From contig OZ242195.1 of assembly GCA_965205975.1 (NCBI GenBank), positions 5,495,253-5,559,252 of the forward strand: a DNA stretch of 64,000 bases, given 5' to 3'. Both the position numbers and the translations under genes were made by a program. Of this stretch, positions 1 to 8,145 are shown piece by piece. Under the pieces are notes generated by a model that saw nothing but the letters and a program-made list of their open reading frames with translations, did not search any database and was not told the origin of the DNA. How positions within the stretch are numbered: the first letter of the stretch is position 1; each line of letters starts with the position of its first letter. This DNA comes from Candidatus Latescibacterota bacterium (GTDB lineage: Bacteria > Latescibacterota > UBA2968).

Positions 1-1327
1 GTCTCGGGCGGCGATTTTTACGGGTATGTACCCGCATACGACGGGCGTTTATAGTTTTGATCACTGGGCGAATCACCGCAATTGGGTGCAGGATTTATCG
101 GATGCGGGCTACTATTGCGTGAATATTGGCAAGATGCACCTGACGCCGCGCGATGTTCCGGGTGGATTTCACGAGCGCGTTATTGTGGAAAATCCCACCA
201 ATAAGGCGCTGGACGGTGGCGGGGCAGATGACGATTGGGGCAGGTACATGACGTTTCACAATGTGAAGCGGCCCAATGATCGCAATAAGGCAGATCCCGA
301 GTGGCTCAGTAAGTGTCAGGGGGTTGTGTGGCACGAGGAGGAGCAGTTTCACAGCGATGTGTTTATCGGGAATTCCGCGTTGAACTGGATTCGCAATCAC
401 CAGGGCGATAATCCGCTGTTTCTGCAGGTTGGATTTACGGGACCTCACGAGCCATGGGATCCCTTGCCGCGACATCTGGATCTGTATCGCGACCGAGATA
501 TGCCGCCGTGTGTGAAGCGGGATGGGGAGTTGGAAGAGAAGCCACCGCAACATGCGGCGCATCTGGATATGCACGCGACGACCGATCACGAATCGCAAAT
601 CGATTTGCGCGGGCGCACAGATGATGAACTCGCACAGATGAAGCGGCATTATTACGGGAATATTTCGACGGTTGATGAAAAGCTGGGCGAGATTCTGGAT
701 GCGCTGCAAGCGCGGGGGTGGTTGGAGAATAGTTTGTTGATTTTTTGTTCCGATCACGGCGAGATGCTGGGCGATCACGGGTTGGCGTATAAGTGGTTGA
801 TGTACGATCCGATTGTGCATATTCCGCTGATGATTCGCACGCCGCAGTCTGTTGATCGTCCCGGCGAAACGCGCGATCTGGTTTCGCTTATGGATCTGGG
901 TCCTACGATCCTGAAGGCTGCGGGGGTAGCTGTTCCGACCTATTTGGAGGGGCGTTCTTTGATGCCGTATTTGAATGGGGAGACGCCTGAGCCTCGCAAA
1001 TACGTTTTTTGCGAGGATAATTATCAGGTTATGATGCGGTCACAGACCCATAAGATGGTGTATTATATCGGGCAATCAGAAGGCGAGTTGTACGATTTAA
1101 ACCGCGATCCCGGAGAGTTGTGGAATGTTTGGGATAGGTCTGAATACGCCGCTGTGAAAGGCGAGATGTTTGCGGATTTGCTCGGCTGGATGGCGACGAG
1201 CAATTATTACAATGCCGGATACAAGCGCCAGCGCAGCAAGCAATACGGCATGCGATGGCCCTCGGAAAACGACGCGTATTTGCACGGGCGCAAAGGGCAA
1301 CCAAAACCCCGAGTTGTCGATTTGTAG
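1..1327 (+). CDS. Sulfatase (choline-sulfatase-like), 5'-truncated by the window edge
   Basis: Frame is open from base 2: SRAAIFTGMYP is the tail of the CxPSR..TG sulfatase motif; also GKMH, PHEPW, SDHGEMLGDHG, ELYDL..DPGE. Confidence 0.9.
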   Translation, partial: SRAAIFTGMYPHTTGVYSFDHWANHRNWVQDLSDAGYYCVNIGKMHLTPRDVPGGFHERVIVENPTNKALDGGGADDDWGRYMTFHNVKRPNDRNKADPEWLSKCQGVVWHEEEQFHSDVFIGNSALNWIRNHQGDNPLFLQVGFTGPHEPWDPLPRHLDLYRDRDMPPCVKRDGELEEKPPQHAAHLDMHATTDHESQIDLRGRTDDELAQMKRHYYGNISTVDEKLGEILDALQARGWLENSLLIFCSDHGEMLGDHGLAYKWLMYDPIVHIPLMIRTPQSVDRPGETRDLVSLMDLGPTILKAAGVAVPTYLEGRSLMPYLNGETPEPRKYVFCEDNYQVMMRSQTHKMVYYIGQSEGELYDLNRDPGELWNVWDRSEYAAVKGEMFADLLGWMATSNYYNAGYKRQRSKQYGMRWPSENDAYLHGRKGQPKPRVVDL

Positions 1328-1366
1328 AGGTGGTTGCCCAGGAAATTGTCAGAAGTTATTGCAAAA

Positions 1367-2989
1367 TCAAAACTCGTCCAGCCGCTTCCGAAGTCTTGCT
1401 GTTTCAAGTGTGTTCTCTGATGCGACGGATGAGGGTATCATATTTAAAATTTGACGTGCTTTTTTCGGTTGGTTTCTGTCGAGTAACGCCGCCGCATACA
1501 CCAGGTATGGCTGGGCGGTTTCGGCTTTCATGGGCTGAGAATCAAACTGCGTAAAAACGCGTTCCGCTGTTGCGAGATCATCCAGCGTTATTAGATAGTC
1601 TATGAGTTGGCTTGCCAATGCGCCCGAACCCGGCTGGGCATCAAAGGCTCTTTTTAAGTGTGAAAGTGCCGCGTCACGCTCGCCTGTTGACCACAGCAAC
1701 GTACTTTCTCTCAAAGCATGAATAACCTTGTAACGCGGATGAGCAGGCAGGATAACGCGAAAATACGTCCGCCCTTCATCGTAGTCGAATAGCGGTTCTG
1801 GAGACCCATTTTCTGCCATTCGACGGCGAATTTTGGGCAGTCCTGTTCCCCGGCCTTCGGCCAGTCTCAATTCTTTTAAAAACTCACCTATTCGGCGATT
1901 TCGCGCAGGTACAGGAGGTACAACACCATCCCGAACGAGATGATGTGCCTCAATGCCTTGAAGCGGTCCTGGATAACTGATTATCTCTATGCGATCCGGG
2001 TATAGATATATCTTCGTGGGTTCGCGCAGGTTGTCATAAGAACGATGATATACGGCGTTGACGACTGCTTCCTCCATCGCTTCGTAGGGATATGTGACCG
2101 CGCGATCTACTTCGGCCTCTCGCGGTCGTTTTTTTAGCATAACGTCTGTGAGTGAATTGAGGTGGTCTAAAGTGAGTTTGATCTGTTCGTTGAGCGGTCC
2201 AGTAATTATTCTCTCTTCAATTAAATCGCCTCCCGTATCGTCACCAAACTGCACAATCTCGATTCGCGCACCGTCAAAGAAACTATCCGGGGTCTCGTTG
2301 AAGAACAGGATGGCTGCGTTGCGCGGCGCGTAGTGGTCATTGAGGCGGACGACGATTCGCATCCGCTGATACAGGTCGCTATCTGCGACATTTGTTCCGG
2401 TCTGTATCAAATCGCTTCGTACATCCGAAAGAAATCGGCGGACCAGCGTAGGAGATATGTCCTCGACTTTGGCGATTAGGCTACGCCGGTCGTCGAACGG
2501 TATCCGTGCTGTTTGCTCTATGAGCTGAGTGCGTATTTCACCCCTCGCTTCGACAGTGCTGGAGCCTTGCCGCACGTAGTATTCCCGTTCGCCACTGCGT
2601 CCGCGTTTCGGAGCTTGATAGGGCCGATTATCGCCGCCGGGTGCCCAAATAATCAGTATCGTCTCACCGTGGTATGTTTCGGGGAATACGAGTGGCTGGT
2701 ACATGGGATCAATGCGATTACACTGTCCGTATATCTCTCTTTGGATATGATCGAGATCGAGATGACCGAGACCACGCGGGGGCAATATGGGGAGGCCCTG
2801 TTCATCTGTGTCGATACCCAGGATGACATACCCGCCGTTTAGATTGAGCAAGTCATTCGCAAATGCACACACGCTCCGAACAACCGATTCCTTTACGGCG
2901 TCATTCCAGGTTGCTTTGAACTCTCTGCGGTTGTCTTCAACCGATCTGGCGTGGATCAGATTATCAATATTGATTGGCACACCTTGCAT
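1367..2989 (-). CDS. Schlafen/AlbA_2 DNA-binding domain + HATPase_c_4 (RecG-C-like) ATP-binding protein with C-terminal TPR-like helices
   Basis: E..RREFKA, VCAFAN...GGYVILGI (AlbA_2); EAVVNAVYHRSY, IEIISYPG, RNRRIGEFLKELRLAEGRGTG (HATPase_c_4); start moved to ATG 2989 (AAGGG upstream). Confidence 0.8.
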   Translation of the reverse strand: MQGVPINIDNLIHARSVEDNRREFKATWNDAVKESVVRSVCAFANDLLNLNGGYVILGIDTDEQGLPILPPRGLGHLDLDHIQREIYGQCNRIDPMYQPLVFPETYHGETILIIWAPGGDNRPYQAPKRGRSGEREYYVRQGSSTVEARGEIRTQLIEQTARIPFDDRRSLIAKVEDISPTLVRRFLSDVRSDLIQTGTNVADSDLYQRMRIVVRLNDHYAPRNAAILFFNETPDSFFDGARIEIVQFGDDTGGDLIEERIITGPLNEQIKLTLDHLNSLTDVMLKKRPREAEVDRAVTYPYEAMEEAVVNAVYHRSYDNLREPTKIYLYPDRIEIISYPGPLQGIEAHHLVRDGVVPPVPARNRRIGEFLKELRLAEGRGTGLPKIRRRMAENGSPEPLFDYDEGRTYFRVILPAHPRYKVIHALRESTLLWSTGERDAALSHLKRAFDAQPGSGALASQLIDYLITLDDLATAERVFTQFDSQPMKAETAQPYLVYAAALLDRNQPKKARQILNMIPSSVASENTLETARLRKRLDEF

Positions 2990-3099
2990 GGAGCCCTTAC
3001 CCGATCTGTGATACTGCGAGAAGTTTTGTGAAGGCGAACGCTTGTCGTGAACAAAATATGCGATCACAGCAAAAAGTCAATGGCCTCCTGAATATAATT

Positions 3100-3208
3100 G
3101 GACAATGAGAGGGTCAGTGGCGTATTCGGCATGGCGACTATCGTCTGCGTTACATTCGGCCAGAAAGTTGTTTTGTACTCGTTTCGTCATCGTAGAGAAG
3201 TATATTGA
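3100..3208 (+). pseudogene. Remnant C-terminal half of a RelE/ParE-family toxin
   Basis: Reads GQ*EGQWRIRHGDYRLRY, frameshift near 3154, then FGQKVVLYSFRHRREVY*, matching the RelE pattern RxRxGDYRxxY...HRxEVY. Confidence 0.65.
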
Positions 3209-3223
3209 CCGTTCAGCGAGAAC

Positions 3224-3260
3224 AAAAGAAGCCCTCCTGTGGGAATAGGAGGGCTTTTCT
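3224..3260 (-). terminator. Intrinsic terminator hairpin, probably bidirectional
   Basis: AAGCCCTCCT-N8-AGGAGGGCTT with A/T tracts on both sides, just downstream of the gene ending at 3281. Confidence 0.75.
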
Positions 3261-3280
3261 ATTTAATATTTCCTTTTTAT

Positions 3281-4477
3281 TTATACAGAGACGACTTGTC
3301 GCGCGTCTTCGATCTCGGCGTCGAGATTGCCCGATAGGTCGTTGTTGTTGAGGTGTATGCGGTCGGCTTTTTCGCCGATGTGAACGCCTATGCGTTGTGT
3401 TGCAGTTTCGTCGTTGCCAATGCGATTATTTGTGAAGGTGAGGTCGTGGGTTTCGCCCAGGATGCGTATGCCATAGCCTTTGTTTTTGTCGCCGTTGTCG
3501 AGGATCTGATTGTTCTCAAAGGTGTTGCGGTGTCCGCCCATGGGTTCGGATTCGTTGCGGAAGAGTATGCCTTCACAGCCGTTGCGCAATGATCGGTTGT
3601 TGGAAAACACATTGTCGGTGTCTTTGTGACCAATGGAGATGCCCGTGTCGCCGTTGCCGATGAGGGCGTTGTTTTCAAAGATGCCGTGTTTTACGCGCCA
3701 GCACAGGAAGAGACCAATGCGCCCGTTGTTTTCCGAGCGGCAGTTGCGGATCACAGGATGCTGGCTGCCGCTGCCCGGGTGCAGGCCCAGGTGGGTGTTG
3801 TCCGTGCAGGTGCAGTTTTCAACTGTGACGTGCTGGCTCTGCTGGAAGCTGATGCCGTCGCCGTGATAATTTTTGATCGCGCAGTTTTGCAGAACGGTAT
3901 AGTGCCCGCGGTAGAGGAATATGCCGGCACCGCGGCAACCGTTGAGGTGCGGATTGTTTTCGCGGTTGCCATCTACAGTCAGATTTTCGATCCGGGCATT
4001 TTCGATGTGGTAGCCGCTGATGACCGGGAAGGTGGTTGCAGCGCGCGCATTGCGAGAGACGAGGTAGTCGCCTCCCATGGGTACATTGACGCCAAAGGTG
4101 TTGTCCTTTTGCCAGAGGATGGTGCCGACGGCGGTGTGAAATCCACCGCCCTGATCATCCGTGATGCTGACGCCATAGCCCACTTTGAATCCATCGGGAT
4201 TTTCAAGGGTGATTTGTTCTTCGCCAAAATCTCCGTCGAGGAGAAGCGAGGTCTCAACGCCATCTGACTTCCGCAATGTGGTATTTTCTCCCTGTCCTCT
4301 GACTGTGATATTGCTGCGAAGATGGAGCGCGTCGCGCATGATGTACGTGCCGGATAGGATTTCAACCGTGCCTCCGCCGAGTGTGGCGATGTAATCGACA
4401 GCAGCTTGCAACGCGCGATTGTCATTGCCGATAATGTCGGCGTTTTTTTGTCCGACGGTGATGTGTAAGCCAGTCAT
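3281..4477 (-). CDS. Right-handed parallel beta-helix (pectin lyase-like fold) protein
   Basis: N-terminal DNRALQAAVD..GGGTVEILSGTY and many PbH1-type repeats (IENLTVDGN, VENCTCTDN, FENNALIGN); no signal peptide. Confidence 0.8.
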   Translation of the reverse strand: MTGLHITVGQKNADIIGNDNRALQAAVDYIATLGGGTVEILSGTYIMRDALHLRSNITVRGQGENTTLRKSDGVETSLLLDGDFGEEQITLENPDGFKVGYGVSITDDQGGGFHTAVGTILWQKDNTFGVNVPMGGDYLVSRNARAATTFPVISGYHIENARIENLTVDGNRENNPHLNGCRGAGIFLYRGHYTVLQNCAIKNYHGDGISFQQSQHVTVENCTCTDNTHLGLHPGSGSQHPVIRNCRSENNGRIGLFLCWRVKHGIFENNALIGNGDTGISIGHKDTDNVFSNNRSLRNGCEGILFRNESEPMGGHRNTFENNQILDNGDKNKGYGIRILGETHDLTFTNNRIGNDETATQRIGVHIGEKADRIHLNNNDLSGNLDAEIEDARQVVSV

Positions 4478-4492
4478 GAGAATCTCCGTGGA

Positions 4493-5536
4493 TTAATCGA
4501 TGCGAATTTCTCGTCCGGTTTCGCCGCTTTCGAGCACGGCTTCCATCATTTGTTGCACTTGATATCCGTGGCGCAGGGGTGCTTCGCAGGTTTTACCGTC
4601 GAGGATGCAGTCTATAAAGTGGCCCGCAATGCGGTCCCATGCCTGGGTTGCAAGTGGAATATCTACGGCGATATCGTGTGGGACGCCGTCCTGTGTTTTG
4701 TAGATTTTGAGCGGACGGAATTGCGCGCCTGCTTCGTCGCCAAAGAGTTCGATCTGGAGTTCGTTGGGCTGGTGCGATGCCCAGAAGCTTTCGACCTGGA
4801 GACCCGCGCCGTTTTCAAAGCGGATGAATCCGCCGGCATAGTCGTCTGCGGCGTATTGTTCGTAGGTGCTGCGCGGGACTTGTCTAAAGCCCCAGTAGCC
4901 GCGTCCTCGCGGCCCAAATTTTGCGCCGCACACGCCTGTGACGGTGACGGGTTTGGGCATGCCGAGTAAGTACCACACGGCGTCGAGGACGTGGACGCCC
5001 ATGTCGCGGAATGCGCCGCCGCCTTTTTGGATGAATCCGAGGTTCCACGCAGGGATGCCGCTTCGGCGCACGCTGCGGGCGCGGGCGTAGTACAGGTCCC
5101 CAAAATAGCCTTCGCGTGCGAGGTTGCCCAGGTACTGGCACTGGTCGGAAAATCGGGTGGAGAGCGACATCATGTTGACGACGCCAGATGCTTCGGCGGC
5201 TTCGACGAGTTTTTGTGCTGCCTGCTCAGAGTCCGAGAGCGGTTTGGTGACCATGACGTGTTTGTCGTTTTTGACGGCTTCGAGTGCGACGGGCACATGC
5301 CACTGGTTTGGGGTGCCTACAAATACCGCGTCAATGTCGGGGGCTTTGCACATTTCTTTGTAATCGGTGTAGAATTTTTGTTCGCCGGGCAGTTCGCTGG
5401 CAAATTCTTCCATTCTTTCGGGTATGAGGTCGCATAGTGCGACGACTTCGCCGCGATCATTTTTCGCAAGGGCGCGGCCATTGGGTTTTCCAATGCCCAT
5501 ACCGACGACGCATACGCGGACTTTTTTTTCTGGCAT
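4493..5536 (-). CDS. Gfo/Idh/MocA family oxidoreductase
   Basis: VCVVGMG Rossmann start, GTPNQWH, KHVMVTKP, GGGAFRDMGVH. Confidence 0.9.
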   Translation of the reverse strand: MPEKKVRVCVVGMGIGKPNGRALAKNDRGEVVALCDLIPERMEEFASELPGEQKFYTDYKEMCKAPDIDAVFVGTPNQWHVPVALEAVKNDKHVMVTKPLSDSEQAAQKLVEAAEASGVVNMMSLSTRFSDQCQYLGNLAREGYFGDLYYARARSVRRSGIPAWNLGFIQKGGGAFRDMGVHVLDAVWYLLGMPKPVTVTGVCGAKFGPRGRGYWGFRQVPRSTYEQYAADDYAGGFIRFENGAGLQVESFWASHQPNELQIELFGDEAGAQFRPLKIYKTQDGVPHDIAVDIPLATQAWDRIAGHFIDCILDGKTCEAPLRHGYQVQQMMEAVLESGETGREIRID

Positions 5537-5636
5537 GATGCACTCCTGTTGTTAAATTGGGTTGATTTTAAAAATGCGCCCTGTATTATGCGAACAAAGC
5601 GGGAGAATTACCAACAAAATTTTAGAGAAGAGGGAG

Positions 5637-5795
5637 CGAATAGACGAATAGACGAATAGACGAATAGACGAATAGACGAATAGACGAATAGACGAATAGA
5701 CGAACCCCGCTCAACCACCCAAAGCATGTGCTGACATGATGTAAGTCAGTATCGTTACAAACTCCGTCGTTGATTCGTTGATTCGTTGATTCGCG
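5637..5795 (+). repeat. Miniature element: (CGAATAGA)x8.5, conserved core, (TTGATTCG)x3
   Basis: Perfect octamer array 5637-5704; core GTTACAAACTCCGTCG shared with the copy at 59530-59622. Confidence 0.85.
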
Positions 5796-5818
5796 CTTTT
5801 TTTGAAAGGATATGTGTT

Positions 5819-6943
5819 ATGCTCACTCTGGAAGGTTGTCGTAGCAGGCAGCAGCGATTTCGCGCGCGTCTCTCCGAGGAGGGGATTGACGCGGTTATTA
5901 TTTCAGATTATCGGGATATCTATTATTTGACCGGCGCGCTCTTGGGGGCATATCCCTCATTTTCTTTTCCCGCGCTTCTGTATTTGGAGACCGAGGGGGG
6001 ATCGTGGCTGGCGTCAACGACTGACGAAGGGGATATGGCTGTGGATGAGCGCGTGGTTTACGATTCGCATGTGCTTTATACGATGAATCCCGATCCGATG
6101 CGCTTGCTGAATGCGGCGGTGGCGCAAAAGCTCCGCGATTGTCGGGGTGTTTCTCGTTTGGGCTGGCAGCAGGAAGGCACCCCCAGGTTGCTCGCCGATA
6201 CGGTGGCCGATGCTCTGGGTGGCGAATGGGTGGGGATAGACGATTTGTTGATTGCACAGCAGATGAGTAAGGATGCCGATGAAGTTGCGATGTTGCAAAA
6301 GGCGATTGATATTAATCTGCGGGCTTATGACCGCGTGCAAGAGGTGATTGCGCCAGGTGTAAATGAGCTGGATGTGCTCGCGGCGGGGCAACAAGTGGCG
6401 CTGCATGCGGCAGGTGAGGTGCTGCACCACGGGGGGGATTATCAATGCGGGCAGTTGGGTGGGCCTGCCAGAGACCGGATTATTGAAGATGGGGAGTTGT
6501 ATGTTATCGACGCGCAGACAGAATATCACGGGTACTGGTCCGATTTGTGCCGCACCTTTGCCGTAGGCGATCCCACAGATTTGCAGGCGTCGGTGTACGA
6601 TCTTTTGAAAGCTATTTTAGAGGATGTTCCCAATCTGGTAAGACCCGGTGGACGGGGAACTGCGCTGTGGCACGCGATTGATGAGAGAATCCGAGAGCAT
6701 CCCCATTTGTCCGATATTGGGCTGATTCATCACGCGGGGCACGGCGTGGGGATTCGCGCGCACGAACCGCCCGATTTGAACCGGGACCGAGAGGGTATTT
6801 TTGAGGTGGGTACGGTTTTTTCCTGTGAACCGGGTGCGTATAGCGAGGCATTGAATGGGGGTATCCGTTTGGAGAATACGTTTTTGGTGACGGAAGACGG
6901 GGTGCAGAATCTGACGGATTATCCGTTGGTTTTGAAGCGGTGA
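5819..6943 (+). CDS. M24 family metallopeptidase (Xaa-Pro aminopeptidase-like)
   Basis: D..TEYHGYWSD, HHAGHGVG..HE, FSCEPG.Y, GIRLEN; GAAAGGA upstream of ATG 5819. Confidence 0.9.
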   Translation: MLTLEGCRSRQQRFRARLSEEGIDAVIISDYRDIYYLTGALLGAYPSFSFPALLYLETEGGSWLASTTDEGDMAVDERVVYDSHVLYTMNPDPMRLLNAAVAQKLRDCRGVSRLGWQQEGTPRLLADTVADALGGEWVGIDDLLIAQQMSKDADEVAMLQKAIDINLRAYDRVQEVIAPGVNELDVLAAGQQVALHAAGEVLHHGGDYQCGQLGGPARDRIIEDGELYVIDAQTEYHGYWSDLCRTFAVGDPTDLQASVYDLLKAILEDVPNLVRPGGRGTALWHAIDERIREHPHLSDIGLIHHAGHGVGIRAHEPPDLNRDREGIFEVGTVFSCEPGAYSEALNGGIRLENTFLVTEDGVQNLTDYPLVLKR

Positions 6944-6945
6944 TG

Positions 6946-6978
6946 TATCCGCAGATGAGCGCAGATAGACGCAGATAA
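6946..6978 (+). repeat. 10-bp tandem repeat (CGCAGATNNN)x3
   Basis: TATCCGCAGATGAGCGCAGATAGACGCAGATAA; same family at 12911, 18771 and, in reverse, 21267. Confidence 0.8.
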
Positions 6979-7000
6979 TTGTAGAAATGTGAAGTGAGAT

Positions 7001-7026
7001 GTAGGGGCGAGGCATGCCTCGCCCGT
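7001..7026 (+). repeat. GTAG-type REP palindrome
   Basis: GTAG + perfect 20-bp palindrome GGGCGAGGCA/TGCCTCGCCC, between convergent genes. Confidence 0.8.
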
Positions 7027-7039
7027 TTGAAACCCGATC

Positions 7040-8029
7040 CTACAGCGCGACCACCTGACCCGTGTCCGCGGCTTCGCGTGAACGCAGGCACAGGCGCGTG
7101 ACTTTTATGGCTTCGTCGGGACCGATGATGTGGGGTGCTTTGCCCGTGCGTTCACCGTGGAGGTTGACGAGGAAATTCTCTTCGGGTGGCAGGGACAGGT
7201 CGCGTGGTGCTTCGTCCGAGCGAATCAGATGCGTGCGGTCGTCGATGACTTCGATGACGCCTTCTGATCCGGCGATTCGGAGGCGGTCGTCGCCGTGGGT
7301 GGGTGCTGTTGAGGGACGCAAATAATCGAGGTTGATCATTGCCGTGCCGCCATTGCTCAGGCGGAAGAGCATGCCGCCGTGGTCTTCACAGCCGGGATAG
7401 TCGGGATGGGCGAGGTTGCCGTGAAGGGCGGCGACTTGTGTGTATTCACGTCCGGTTGTCCAGCGCGTGTAATCGACGGCGTGGATTGCGACCCAGGGGA
7501 TTGTGCCGCCGTAAGTTTCTCGCTTTTTGAAAAAGTCTGGGCGCGTGCCAAAGTGATAGGATTTTTGCGCGGTTGCCAGAATGGGTTCGCCGATGAGGCC
7601 GTTCTGAACTGCCTGGTGTGCAGCGCGGAATGCGGGGGATAGTCGCAGGCCAAACATGGCGGTGAGGCGAATTCCGCTGTTTTTGACCGCTGTTTCAAGG
7701 GCGTCGAGATCTTTCAGGGTGGTTGCAACGGGTTTTTCACTGACGATGTCGATTCCCCGGTTTGCCGCGGCTATTGAGGCTTCGGCGTTGAGGGAATACG
7801 GACGACAGATGCTGACGAGATCGATTTCTTCGGTGTCGAGCATGTGGCGATAGTCGTCATACAGGCGGGTGTGTGCGGTGAATGCGGTGTGCGCTTTGAC
7901 TTTGGCGAGGGTGTCGTCGGGATGCCCTTTGGCACAGGCGATGAGTTGTGCGTCGGGGATGTGTGCGATGCCGTCGAGTACCATGTTCTGATGTCCATCG
8001 CTGCCGATTTGTGCGATTTTGAGTGGCAT
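7040..8029 (-). CDS. Gfo/Idh/MocA family oxidoreductase
   Basis: LKIAQIG, IVSEKPVA, GGTIPWVAIH; start moved to ATG 8029. Confidence 0.85.
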   Translation of the reverse strand: MPLKIAQIGSDGHQNMVLDGIAHIPDAQLIACAKGHPDDTLAKVKAHTAFTAHTRLYDDYRHMLDTEEIDLVSICRPYSLNAEASIAAANRGIDIVSEKPVATTLKDLDALETAVKNSGIRLTAMFGLRLSPAFRAAHQAVQNGLIGEPILATAQKSYHFGTRPDFFKKRETYGGTIPWVAIHAVDYTRWTTGREYTQVAALHGNLAHPDYPGCEDHGGMLFRLSNGGTAMINLDYLRPSTAPTHGDDRLRIAGSEGVIEVIDDRTHLIRSDEAPRDLSLPPEENFLVNLHGERTGKAPHIIGPDEAIKVTRLCLRSREAADTGQVVAL

Positions 8030-8145
8030 TTTATTCCCTTCTATCAGATATTTAGATGAAAAGTGATTCAGGGGAAAATAAGTCACGAACAGGAAAAATG
8101 AACAGAGGAAAATGGATAGGGTCTATTCACTAAATGGAGGAATAA

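Noticed and set aside
5637..5704. Tandem array as a possible CRISPR
   Set aside because: 8-bp unit with no spacers, and no cas genes in the window
8069..8113. Imperfect direct repeats CAGG..AAAAT between divergent genes
   Set aside because: Short, purine-rich and degenerate; cannot be distinguished from chance
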